DNA of 64,000 nt from Candidatus Cloacimonadales bacterium. Lineage in GTDB: Bacteria; Cloacimonadota; Cloacimonadia; Cloacimonadales; JAFGVF01. Location: positions 2,880,001 to 2,944,000 of the forward strand of contig OY782781.1 in NCBI GenBank assembly GCA_963678315.1, written 5' to 3'. The position numbers and the translations under genes are program-made. Below are positions 21,201-30,134 of the stretch, piece after piece; positions within the stretch are counted from its first letter, which is position 1; the number at the start of each line of letters is the position of its first letter. The notes beneath the pieces were generated by a model. That model was not told the DNA's origin, ran no database searches, and saw only the letters and a program-made list of their open reading frames with translations.

Positions 21201-21792
21201 TGCTTCTAACCTTGCCTTTATCCCAATCAACTTGCTTGTCTGAAGCCTCAAAGAAGGCTTCTTTAAACTTACTAAATAAACCCTCTCTATCTAAATCTCT
21301 TTCAAACTGAGCGATATAAGGTTGATTACCATAGTAGCCACAAGCTTGGTCAAAAACCTTAACAAAAACTGCTATCAAGGCTTCTGTCTCTGTTTTACTG
21401 ATAACATTAGCCTTCTGGTCTATGTTAAATAAAATGCTTTTAGATGGTATTCTGACTGCTCTTCCTATATTGCCAGAAAGAATGACATTATCACCACACT
21501 TGTTCATAAATATGTCAGCTGTTTTTTCATTGTCTATCTCATAATTCTCAAGTATGAGTGCCAGCATCTTGAGTAAATGAGATTTACCTGAGCCAAAGAA
21601 ACCTGATATCCAGACTCCATTAGCACCTTGATAATTAGAATAGGCATCTAATACTTCTTCTAAACGATCCTCAACTTCCTTAGTTATGACATATTCTTCT
21701 ATCTCTGTCTTGAGTGATTGTAGGTCATCAGCCTTAATTACACCCTCAATAGTTCTATCTAGAGCTTTCTTAAATATAGTGTTCAATTTCAT
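18280..21792 (-). CDS. brxC: BREX P-loop ATPase BrxC
   Basis: WISGFFGSGKSHLLK, FFVDEVGQYI, YPFIPYQF, PYGW. Confidence 0.95.
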   Translation of the reverse strand: MKLNTIFKKALDRTIEGVIKADDLQSLKTEIEEYVITKEVEDRLEEVLDAYSNYQGANGVWISGFFGSGKSHLLKMLALILENYEIDNEKTADIFMNKCGDNVILSGNIGRAVRIPSKSILFNIDQKANVISKTETEALIAVFVKVFDQACGYYGNQPYIAQFERDLDREGLFSKFKEAFFEASDKQVDWDKGKVRSKRYANLVDSAYNAVTQQNHIAILDKYRSDYSLSIEDFAHNVKDYIDSQEKNFRLNFFVDEVGQYIANNVKLMTNLQTVAESLNTICKGRAWIFVTAQEDMESILGDMGKNDNIKSQSNDFTKIQGRFKNRLKLTSANVEEVIKKRLLEKKESSLPMLADIYNQHHFNFKTMFDFVDGSKHYQNFKDCQHFQGSYPFIPYQFTLFQTAITNLSSHNAFEGKHSSVGERSMLGVFQNVAIQICNFEINNLASFDLMFEGIRSSLKTKIQSSINIAERHLQNDFAVKVLKALFLVKYIKEFKATIRNLVVLMIDSLHVDMDKLSLQVEEALNILEDQSYIQKNKDQYEYLTDDEKDVEEEIKHTEIELKEIVDEFNKLVFDDILKKNKIRLPDNKRDYQYSKKIDGKLYGREYELAIHLVSPLYEYYADETTILMHSMNLDELILMLADDGRITKDLKLFKQTEKYVRQNNSQNQSTNIQRILADKVNQNRDRRDNILTRIESLISQSKLFINGEELPVSSASPINIIENAFHELIRRTYPYLKMVTKNYHINNIQDILSEEINELARGVLTEAQEEILREIKLAKTSGMRPTLKSIIDKFTKKPYGWDYTAVICLVAELYKLDKVEANKNSQILESKDIFFNFNSSSNHDKIVLNPLVDYSKAQIKRLNDFYNDFFEEPATYNEARALANDVKTRLTAYIRKLQNSRSSKYPFNNILDQAIEEFSKVAKNSYEWFLTSLDSNYDNLLDTKLEQTDPILNFMMSANRQREIFDSAKALVAESNSNLNYVTSDYIKNIEDIISDEKSLKGNKIKLLKDYVASLDSTINNLLSQEQDNAITEIKALEDKLKEKEEFEKLSQDSKDDILGKFKDNIERIKASKSIALIRDMKRTFEEKTYPQIIREISLLISPPSQSNTKSLSPDPYGSLGKNRVFSKSLVIDYKKMTIETEEDLEEYLAKIKAEYKKQLADGKIIEVD

Positions 21793-21811
21793 CTTAAACC
21801 TCCTCCTATCC

Positions 21812-22402
21812 TTATGCTTTTACGTCTTCTATGTTAAATGCTCGGTAATATCTATCATCTGTTAGCCTTCCAAAAAGTTCAAGTACAGACCCCTTCTCCA
21901 ATGTGTGTGTGTATTTCCCCGGAAAAAACATGAGCATAGGCTTATTCTTAATAGTAGACTGTAGATTACTGAGAAAATTATGTGCCCTAATATAGGGAAA
22001 AACCTGACCTATGCCAGTAACAAAAATAATGTCATGCTGATGTGCAGATAATAAGTTCTTGATTTCAGGAATAACAAAATCCCCTACATCTAAGATGTTT
22101 TGAAGTTCTTCTTTAAGCTCATCCTTAGACATATTCTCTTCTTCTTCAATAATCCAGTCTAAGTCTCCTTCTCTAACAAGTAAATCTAAACAAATATCAT
22201 ATAAATCTAACTTTAAGACCTTAATATTCTTCTCATTTAACTTCTTGATTAAATTAGAAACATCCCTCATCATCTCATTAGTCTCTTGGGGTAAAAAAGG
22301 ACAAATAAAAAATGGTATCTCTTGTATGTATGTATCATTAGCTAAAAACTTCTTAGAGCTTGTAACAGCTAATAAATGGTCAAATCTTTCACGCTTATTC
22401 AT
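21812..22402 (-). CDS. brxB: BREX BrxB (DUF1788)
   Basis: GIGQVFPYIRAH, FFPGKY, YYRAFNI; position in operon. Confidence 0.9.
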   Translation of the reverse strand: MNKRERFDHLLAVTSSKKFLANDTYIQEIPFFICPFLPQETNEMMRDVSNLIKKLNEKNIKVLKLDLYDICLDLLVREGDLDWIIEEEENMSKDELKEELQNILDVGDFVIPEIKNLLSAHQHDIIFVTGIGQVFPYIRAHNFLSNLQSTIKNKPMLMFFPGKYTHTLEKGSVLELFGRLTDDRYYRAFNIEDVKA

Positions 22403-23006
22403 TAATCCACCTCTCTACTTCGCTTGTGGTTAAGGGGAATAGTTTTAGTAATTGTTTATCTTTTTGCATTATAAATTCTCCTAATCGAGGAGTTAAAATC
22501 ATAGGAATCAATTCTTCTTTATCTATGATTCCGACTTGTCTTAGCATCTTGAATAGTACAGACATTGCTTTCTTCTGGGTAGATGGGGCAATTTTAGCTA
22601 ATAGATCACTCTCCTCAGCCTTGTTTTCATAGAATCTGTTGTAATCAGTATAAGTTAACTTGTTATCTAACATAATAATCTTATTGGGGATGGTCTCACT
22701 GATAAACTCATATATAATACGATATTGTAAGCAGATAGCTATCCAGATCATTCCCAGCTGTGTCTCTCTATCTGAGGCAAGCAAATAGTCTAAATCTTCT
22801 GAAGTAAATTGGGCTATTCTCTGCTTTATTTCACTGAAGATACGCTTGCTAGCAGAAGGGGTCTTGTATTGTAATATATTTTCGGATAAAACATATTTGC
22901 GAGTATCATTCCAATTATGCTTTTCTAAGTATATCTCAACTACATCTATCGTTTCATTAAAAAGAAGCGAACCAGCTGTAAAAGATAATGAGTATTTCGT
23001 GTTCAA
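22395..23006 (-). CDS. brxA: BREX BrxA (DUF1819)
   Basis: YSLSFTAGSLL, ENILQ, STQKK...LFKMLRQVG; TTG start with GGAG RBS. Confidence 0.88.
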   Translation of the reverse strand: MNTKYSLSFTAGSLLFNETIDVVEIYLEKHNWNDTRKYVLSENILQYKTPSASKRIFSEIKQRIAQFTSEDLDYLLASDRETQLGMIWIAICLQYRIIYEFISETIPNKIIMLDNKLTYTDYNRFYENKAEESDLLAKIAPSTQKKAMSVLFKMLRQVGIIDKEELIPMILTPRLGEFIMQKDKQLLKLFPLTTSEVERWINE

Positions 23007-23086
23007 GCTATCTCCTTATATAGCATGTTAACAACATTGCCTATTTGCTATTTATGCTATTCATATACTAATTAAGCTGTTAAACA

Positions 23087-23146
23087 ATCATAGCAAGCTA
23101 TGATGATTAATTACGATATTAAATAATTGTAAATAAAATTAGTCAA
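23087..23146 (-). promoter_or_regulatory. Putative sigma70 promoter and palindromic operator upstream of brxA
   Basis: TTGACT (23146-23141), 17 bp, TTTAAT (23123-23118); perfect inverted repeat ATCATAGC-AA-GCTATGAT at 23087-23104. Confidence 0.45.
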
Positions 23147-23166
23147 TATTTTTCTGAAATAAATGA

Positions 23167-23274
23167 AAAAGTGTGCCTAATTCAACAAAAGTGTGCCTAA
23201 TTCAACAAAAGTGTGCCCATTATATTTATAGAAGGTCCTTTGATTGATATTTGAAAAGCCTATAGTGTGTTAAG
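23167..23274 (+). repeat. 20-bp tandem repeat (aaaagtgtgcctaattcaac x2.5) within a conserved non-coding element
   Basis: Homologous to 44776-44868 on the minus strand. Confidence 0.75.
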
Positions 23275-23387
23275 AGATTGTGTAGAGAGCTAAGGGGTCT
23301 CACAAATAAAGCACCTCTACTAAAAAAAAAAGACTTGACTTAACGGTGTTAATATTTATTTGTGATATAAAAATAAATGGAGGATAC

Positions 23388-23837
23388 ATGAAAAGATTTT
23401 GCTTTCTGATATGTTTGTTTTTAGTTTCAAATATCTTTGCTGAGACACTTACAATTGTCACAAGCAATGAAACATATAGCTTTGAGCTTACTGAAATTCA
23501 AAACATTACATTTTCTGGAACAGTTTCAGTAGAAGATATGACAACTATAGTCAATTCAGTACCTATTGAATTTCTAAGAAACTATCCAAACCCTTTCAAC
23601 CCTGAAACAACAATTTCTTTTGAGCTTAACTCTAAAGGTAAAACTAAGCTTGAGATCTTTAATATTAAGGGACAAAAAGTAAAAGAATTAGTTAATGAAA
23701 AACTTAGTGCTGGGCAACATAACATTGTCTGGAATGGAACAAATAACAATAACAAAAGAGTTGCCAGCGGAGTATATTTCTACTCTTTAACTCATAAAAA
23801 CAAATCAATAGCTAAAAAAATGATATTAATGAAATAG
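23388..23837 (+). CDS. Small secreted protein with FlgD-Ig/T9SS-type-A-like C-terminal domain
   Basis: Signal peptide, NYPNPFNPETTISF...SGVYFY...KKMILMK; start ATG 23388 after GGAGG. Confidence 0.85.
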   Translation: MKRFCFLICLFLVSNIFAETLTIVTSNETYSFELTEIQNITFSGTVSVEDMTTIVNSVPIEFLRNYPNPFNPETTISFELNSKGKTKLEIFNIKGQKVKELVNEKLSAGQHNIVWNGTNNNNKRVASGVYFYSLTHKNKSIAKKMILMK

Positions 23838-23846
23838 GAGAATATA

Positions 23847-24551
23847 ATGAAGAAAGTTTTAACAATATTTATGACAATTCTAATGGTTGCAAGCCTCTTT
23901 TCTGCAAACATGATAATAAATAAAACTGACGGAAGTTCAGTTGAAATCAATATCGACAATATAGAAAGTATTAATTTTACTGATGATCAAGCAACAAGTC
24001 TAGATCTTTTAATAGAATATATGACAGGTTCATTCTCAAGTGAAGCACAATCAGAAACATCAACAGACCCTTACCACGTAGATGTAAGATTGAAAATGGT
24101 AAGAATCTGGGATCATTTATCAACAGATAATGGCTACTGGATATATGTAGAGCAAGCTTATGCTGATCAATTAAGTTCTCCTTACAGACAACGTATTTAC
24201 AGAGTTTATGAAGAGAATGGTCAAATAGAAGATGAGATATATGCAATCCCAACACCATCTAGTTATGTTGGTTCATGGGAAACACCAGAAGATTTTGATG
24301 CAATCAGTCAAGATGATCTTACCCTTAAACCAGGTTGTGGCCTTGAGTTTAATTGGGACGGCGACCACTTCTCAGGTTCTACAAGCGGAACAGATTGTAC
24401 AGCTTCTATTCCTGGCGTATCATACATTACTTCAGAAACAACCCTCTTCCCTACTTATTTAACAAGTTGGGATTTAGGATACAATTCAGCTGGGACTATT
24501 GTTATGGGTCCTTATTCACCATATATCTTTGATAAAATCGAGAATTTCTAA
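23847..24551 (+). CDS. Secreted CpcT/CpeT (bilin lyase-like) family protein
   Basis: MTGSFSSEAQ, WIYVEQA, PYRQRIYR, GC..FSGST..C, SYITSE, SWDLGY...VMG. Confidence 0.75.
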   Translation: MKKVLTIFMTILMVASLFSANMIINKTDGSSVEINIDNIESINFTDDQATSLDLLIEYMTGSFSSEAQSETSTDPYHVDVRLKMVRIWDHLSTDNGYWIYVEQAYADQLSSPYRQRIYRVYEENGQIEDEIYAIPTPSSYVGSWETPEDFDAISQDDLTLKPGCGLEFNWDGDHFSGSTSGTDCTASIPGVSYITSETTLFPTYLTSWDLGYNSAGTIVMGPYSPYIFDKIENF

Positions 24552-24553
24552 AT

Positions 24554-25252
24554 TTGAATATACGTCTTTCATCCTTAGTTCTCTTTATATTTTTGATTAG
24601 TATTTTATCAGCAGATACTGATCCATTAAGTCTTACTTTAATAGCAAGAAAGATGGACAGATACACTTTTAAAGTAACTAATCAAACAGACATGCGAGTT
24701 GATATAGAGAGAATTGAGGGTGGCTGAGGTTTTAAAGTTATTGATAAGTTTATCAAGCCAATATTACCTAAGCAAAGTCAAGAAGTAAATGTAACAATTC
24801 CACAAAGCACATTTTGCATCTGGGATTCTTTGATAATGAACTTTCATATTAAGGATATCCCTGATGTCTTCTCTATAGATTTAATTGCTGAAAAGCTAGT
24901 AGAAGTTCCTGAAACAATAATTAATTTGGATAGTAGAACTATCACAGCTTCAGAATCATTTGATTTAATAAAGTATTATAGTGATGAATTGATTATAATT
25001 GATTTGAGAGAAGCTGAATTATTTAAACAAGGATCGATTGATAAGGCTATAAACCTTAGTAAGAAGACTCTTATAAAACAAGCAGATACTAAATTAGATA
25101 AGTCAAAGCATTATCTTATATTTGGGGATAAACTAACTGAAAATGAGCTTTCAAAAATAAGTAAACATTCAAATAAATACTATTATATGAAGTCCTCTCT
25201 TGATGAATGGTATCTAGCTGCCATGAGATACTACGAAAGAGTGATTAAGTAA
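24554..25252 (+). CDS. Probable selenoprotein: signal peptide, DUF1573-like Ig domain (Sec at TGA 24725-24727), rhodanese-like domain
   Basis: Open frame from TTG 24554 with one TGA, in frame with ORF 24830-25252: MNIRLSSLVLFIFLISILSA...FKVTNQTDMRVDIERIEGG*GFKV...ILPKQSQEVNVT; hairpin after the TGA; IIDLRE..F..GSIDKAINL rhodanese fold without catalytic Cys. Confidence 0.65.
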
Positions 25253-25270
25253 ACTTATTCAAAATATATA

Positions 25271-25298
25271 AGGAAGTCCCTAGCAATAGAGACTTCCT
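25271..25298. terminator. Hairpin between convergent genes
   Basis: aggaagtc-cctagcaataga-gacttcct. Confidence 0.55.
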
Positions 25299-25319
25299 CT
25301 TTAAATACAATTTATATTC

Positions 25320-26621
25320 TTAAGAACCTGCAATATCTACATTACATACTTTAATATATTTAGGTCCATAGTAAGATCCTTTTTGAATCATTTCTGAAGA
25401 AAAGTAAACTTCTGTCATAGCCTTGTCCATCATACCAGTTACTGAACCACCCTTTATTTGAAGCTTTTTTCCATCCTTAACTTGATAGCCAGATCTTATT
25501 TCTCCTGAGAAAGCACCAGTGATACCGCTCGGTGAGAAGGTGGAGAACCTTGATAAAACAAATGTGTTTTGACTTTTAAGCTCTTCAAAAGAATGATTAC
25601 CTGCAGGAACATGAATATTGCTAATGCTTCCTAAAGGCTTAATATTTAGATATGTTGCATACTGTATGTTAGCAGCAATATTAACTATCTTGCCATCTTG
25701 AATTATTGGGAATTTCTCTAATAGAAGTCCATAACTATCATACTTACCTGTAGCTAAGCCACCTTTCAAAGATGGATCAGAGATAATAGTTAACTTATCC
25801 CCTTTGACATCTTTAGCAATATGGTCATTCAAGGAGAATTTACCTGCTTTATTGTAAGCAGCATAACCTGAAGCTTGGAAAGCATAATAATCAAAGAATG
25901 AATTTAAAGCTTCTCCAGTGAAGATTACATCAAATTTACCACTCTCAGGTAATACAGCTATTAAGCTATTTCTTGCATGCTCTGCATATTCTTTTACTAG
26001 TTCACAAGTGTTCAAAAGGTCCAAGAACCTTTCATTTCTGATGAATGAACTTTCAACTTCATTTTCTCCTGAACCTGAAAGCATTACTGCTTCTAACATA
26101 ATATTTGTAGATTTATTATTGCTAGTTAAACCCTTAGAAGTAACAAAGGTGTTTTCTCTACAGGTAATGAATATTTCAGCAGAAGCAAGCTTAACTTGCT
26201 CTTCATTTGCTAAGCTAGTAATCAGTTGCTTAGATACTTCTTTGATAGCTGCTTTAGGGTTATCAAATACTGATTGGTCACAAGTATCATAGCATTCATC
26301 ATTTTCAGCTTTATCTGCTAGTGGATAGTATGGATTTAATGCTAAAGAAGCAGCAAAAACAGCATCTTTTATCAGAGATTCTACCTTTGCTAAGCTTGTA
26401 TTACTAGAGAAAGTCTGATAAGCCATTCCTCTCATTTTATTATCATTAAGCATCTTATCAACATAGACAATTACTGTATATCTTTCTTCATTAACTTCTC
26501 TTAGAGATTCTCTTGTGTCAGCAATGAAATATTCTTCAACACGTTTAATTATATTTTTAGAAATAGACCAATCTGAAATTCCATCTATTTCTTTTATTAA
26601 TTGTTTAATCTGATTTATCAT
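25320..26621 (-). CDS. pmbA: PmbA/TldE-family metallopeptidase partner
   Basis: Follows tldD; ITGAFSGEIRSGY, IKGGSVTG, YYGP; no HExxxH. Confidence 0.75.
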   Translation of the reverse strand: MINQIKQLIKEIDGISDWSISKNIIKRVEEYFIADTRESLREVNEERYTVIVYVDKMLNDNKMRGMAYQTFSSNTSLAKVESLIKDAVFAASLALNPYYPLADKAENDECYDTCDQSVFDNPKAAIKEVSKQLITSLANEEQVKLASAEIFITCRENTFVTSKGLTSNNKSTNIMLEAVMLSGSGENEVESSFIRNERFLDLLNTCELVKEYAEHARNSLIAVLPESGKFDVIFTGEALNSFFDYYAFQASGYAAYNKAGKFSLNDHIAKDVKGDKLTIISDPSLKGGLATGKYDSYGLLLEKFPIIQDGKIVNIAANIQYATYLNIKPLGSISNIHVPAGNHSFEELKSQNTFVLSRFSTFSPSGITGAFSGEIRSGYQVKDGKKLQIKGGSVTGMMDKAMTEVYFSSEMIQKGSYYGPKYIKVCNVDIAGS

Positions 26622-26634
26622 TTGTAACTCCTTA

Positions 26635-28017
26635 TTATGCTAATCTAGCTTTCAACTTCATAAAGGGACCACCATCAGATACTTTAACCCATTCTTTGTG
26701 GCCTTTACCACACATTCCACCACCAAAGAGTTCAATATCTTTGCCAATGCCAGTTATTGAGTTTAGAAGTTCAGGAACATAGCCTGTTACAATAACAGGT
26801 GTAAAGTAGTTATCAGTTAGCTTGCCATCTTTGATTTCTCTAGCATAGATTGCTTCTAATTGGATTCCCCAACCTTTAGGATCTTCCATACCATTTGTAG
26901 GATAATCAACTAAGAAACCATATTCTATGTCTTTTATCATATCTTCAAATGTATCATTTCCTGCTTCAAAGTAGGTGTTAGTCATTCTAGCATAGCTTTT
27001 GTGAGAATAACTTTGTCTTCTTCCATTCGGAGTTCTATCATAAGAAAGTTTAATAGCTGAATTCATATCAGTTAATCCAGATACTAGAATTCCATCTTTA
27101 ATGATTTGCGTATCTTTAGCTAATTGTCCTTCATTATCAAAGAAATAAGAACCAGATTCATTAGGATAAGCTGGAGAATCTACCATATTAACTATCTCAG
27201 AAGCAACTGATTTACCCATGTAATCTCTACCTTTAGCTCTCTTCTTTAAATACATGTCAGTTTCAGTACCATGACCAAATGCTTCATGAGCAAACATTCC
27301 AGACATAGCAGGTGAGAATATACAATCATAAGTCCCAGGTTTGATTCTTTCAGCATGAAGAAGTTTTTCACCATCTGCAATCAAGGTTTGAAGATCACTG
27401 TCAGTGAAATTAAATAATTCATAACCACCAAGCTTACTAAATGACTTCCATACTTGATTAGTCTTATCGCCATCTCTTAGAACAGCAAAACACATTGAAT
27501 CCCAGCGATTCAACTCTTGATAAAGAGTCTTGTTTCGATTAACAAATAATTCTTTTACCTTCTGATGCCCTATTCTAACAGCACCATTAACAATCTTATC
27601 ACTAATTTTAATTAACTTATCTTTCCACATCTCTGCAGATTTCAAAAGTTCTTCTAACTCAATTGTCTCAGGGTCTATCTTCATTTCAATAAAGAAATCC
27701 TTTTCAATCTTCTCACCTGGATCAATTTCCATGGTTTGCTTTTTACTAACTTCATAAGAGCTAAGTAATTTATTAACTACTTCATCAACTTTCTCTTGAG
27801 AAAGATCATCAAAAGATTCTTCTATAAAGTTCTCTCCATTATGAATAGTAAGAGTTATTCCTTTTTCAGGTTGAATAAAAGAAGCACCCTTTTCATGATT
27901 AGAAACAAATATGTTCCTACCACTTGTATCGCCAACAAAGGCTGACGCATAAGGGAACTTTTCTTCTAGTTTCTCTACAGCTGTTTTGAGAATTGGCTTC
28001 AATTGCTTGATGTCCAT
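26635..28017 (-). CDS. tldD: TldD metalloprotease
   Basis: FAHEAFGHGTETD, FDNEG, NGRRQSY, ARMTNTY, CGKG...VSDGGP. Confidence 0.9.
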   Translation of the reverse strand: MDIKQLKPILKTAVEKLEEKFPYASAFVGDTSGRNIFVSNHEKGASFIQPEKGITLTIHNGENFIEESFDDLSQEKVDEVVNKLLSSYEVSKKQTMEIDPGEKIEKDFFIEMKIDPETIELEELLKSAEMWKDKLIKISDKIVNGAVRIGHQKVKELFVNRNKTLYQELNRWDSMCFAVLRDGDKTNQVWKSFSKLGGYELFNFTDSDLQTLIADGEKLLHAERIKPGTYDCIFSPAMSGMFAHEAFGHGTETDMYLKKRAKGRDYMGKSVASEIVNMVDSPAYPNESGSYFFDNEGQLAKDTQIIKDGILVSGLTDMNSAIKLSYDRTPNGRRQSYSHKSYARMTNTYFEAGNDTFEDMIKDIEYGFLVDYPTNGMEDPKGWGIQLEAIYAREIKDGKLTDNYFTPVIVTGYVPELLNSITGIGKDIELFGGGMCGKGHKEWVKVSDGGPFMKLKARLA

Positions 28018-28171
28018 TTGGCCTCCATCATCTTAGTTTTGTTTGTCTACTTTTAAAGCTGTCTTATATTACTTGTCAAGGATGAAAAATGACTAAGCTA
28101 TTTCTGACATCCTTGCTTATTATTTAAAATCCCGCTTATAAATCACTATGTTCATATTTCTATAGTCTTCT

Positions 28172-29011
28172 TTATAACTCTATTTCCAACAAAGTAGGAG
28201 TATGATCTTGTCTTTCACCTGAATCAATCATTTCTGATTTTCTAACTTTATCAGCTAGACTCTCACTAACTAACCAATAGTCAATTCTCCAGCCAGAGTT
28301 ATTAATTTTACTTGTTTTAACCCTTTGAGCCCACCATGAATAAACATTTTCTATGCTACCATGCAGGTGTCTAAAAGTATCTATAAAACCTCTATTTAGA
28401 AGGTTGGTAAAGCCTTGACGTTCTTCATCTGTAAAGCCTGCGGATCTATGGTTACTTTGTGGATTAGCAAGATCTATTTCTTGATGAGCGACATTATAAT
28501 CTCCTGTTGCCAGTACAGGCTTATCTTTAGCAAGTTTTTCAAGATAATCAGCATATTTTTCATCCCAGACTTGCCTATCGGAGAGTCTTTTTAGTCCATC
28601 GCCAGCATTGGGAGTATATACTTGAGTTATATAGAAATCACCAAAGTCAAGGGTAATGATTCTTCCTTCATAATCCATAGTAGTAGGAGCACCAATACTA
28701 GGATTATCTGCAATAGGAGAATATTTTTCTTTGTATAAGAACATTGTTCCGGCATATCCCTTTTTGGCAGGTTCTTGGGAAGATCTCCATACAAAGTTAT
28801 ATCCTTTAAAAAGCTCTTCTATAATTTCTATATGTTTTTTACTAGGTCCATTAGCAGGTAATTTTGTTTCTTGTAAAGCTATGACATCTGCATCTTTAGC
28901 AAGAATAGTTTTTAGCACTTCTCTTGAAAGAAGAGCTCTATTAGAAGAGCTGGTTAATGCAGCATTTAATGAATCAATATTCCATGATATTAGTCTCAAA
29001 TCTTCCTCCAT
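28172..29011 (-). CDS. xth: Exodeoxyribonuclease III (AP endonuclease)
   Basis: ISWNID, LQETK, YTPNAG, GDYNVAH, GWRIDY, DHTP; true start may be TTG 28999. Confidence 0.92.
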   Translation of the reverse strand: MEEDLRLISWNIDSLNAALTSSSNRALLSREVLKTILAKDADVIALQETKLPANGPSKKHIEIIEELFKGYNFVWRSSQEPAKKGYAGTMFLYKEKYSPIADNPSIGAPTTMDYEGRIITLDFGDFYITQVYTPNAGDGLKRLSDRQVWDEKYADYLEKLAKDKPVLATGDYNVAHQEIDLANPQSNHRSAGFTDEERQGFTNLLNRGFIDTFRHLHGSIENVYSWWAQRVKTSKINNSGWRIDYWLVSESLADKVRKSEMIDSGERQDHTPTLLEIEL

Positions 29012-29243
29012 AAATAATGATACAGTATTATTTCATACTAGCTATATCAGTCAAGAAAGAAAGTCAAAGGATGGTAAATAAGGATAGGGGGGCAAAAATA
29101 GTTCTTGACTATTAGATTATAATTTTGATTTTGAAGAAGAAGGATATGATTTAGTGTAGGAAGCTGAATCAAAACAATTTATTTAATACTAATACTACTT
29201 GCACAAACTTGATTATTTATAATTAAAAATATAGGAGTTTTAC

Positions 29244-30134
29244 GTGAAAAAACTAATAATTGAAGGTTTGTCAAAAACGTATTCAAATGGGACACATGCA
29301 TTAAAAGATATCAATTTAGAGATATCAGAAGGTATGTTCGGACTACTAGGACCTAATGGTGCTGGTAAATCAACTTTAATGAGAACAATTTCGACACTAC
29401 AAGATGCTGACACAGGTATGATTGAATTTAATGGCATTAAGATTAGTCAGAACAAAGATGATATAAGAAAAAAACTTGGTTTCTTACCACAGAACTTTGG
29501 TTTTTATCCTAATCTATCAGCTCTTGACACATTAAACTACTTCGCAGTCTTAAAGGGTATATCAAAGGCATCTGAGAGAAAGAACTTAGTAGCTGAATGG
29601 CTGGATAAAGTCAATCTTTATGAATATCGTAAGAAAAAGGTAGGTGGATTCTCGGGCGGTATGAAGCAACGCTTAGGAATTGCTCAAGCTTTGATAGCCA
29701 ACCCTGAATTAGTAATTGTAGATGAACCTACTGCAGGACTTGATCCTAAAGAGAGAAATCACTTCCACAATATACTATCAGAAATAGGTGAAGACAAAAT
29801 AGTTATTCTATCAACCCATATCGTAGATGATGTTAGTGATCTTTGTACTGACATGGCTATTATCAATAGAGGGCAAGTAATACTACAAGGTTCACCAGAG
29901 AATGAAATTAAGAATCTACAAGGTAAGATTTGGCAAAGAGTTATTAATAAAGATGAGATTGGACGCTTCCATCAAGATTATAATGTTATATCAGCTAACC
30001 TTTTCATGGGCAAGCTCAAAGTTACTGTTAACTCAGAAGATGATTTAAGTAAAGATTTCCAGTTAAAGACTCCAGATTTAGAAGATGTTTACTTCACAAT
30101 GATTCCACAAGGTGAATTCAACGGAGGAAAGTAA
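29244..30134 (+). CDS. ABC transporter ATP-binding protein
   Basis: GPNGAGKST, FSGGMKQR, VDEPTAGLD, STH. Confidence 0.93.
   Translation: MKKLIIEGLSKTYSNGTHALKDINLEISEGMFGLLGPNGAGKSTLMRTISTLQDADTGMIEFNGIKISQNKDDIRKKLGFLPQNFGFYPNLSALDTLNYFAVLKGISKASERKNLVAEWLDKVNLYEYRKKKVGGFSGGMKQRLGIAQALIANPELVIVDEPTAGLDPKERNHFHNILSEIGEDKIVILSTHIVDDVSDLCTDMAIINRGQVILQGSPENEIKNLQGKIWQRVINKDEIGRFHQDYNVISANLFMGKLKVTVNSEDDLSKDFQLKTPDLEDVYFTMIPQGEFNGGK

Noticed and set aside
23167..23218. CRISPR or mini-array from the 20-bp repeats
   Set aside because: The repeats are directly adjacent with no spacers.
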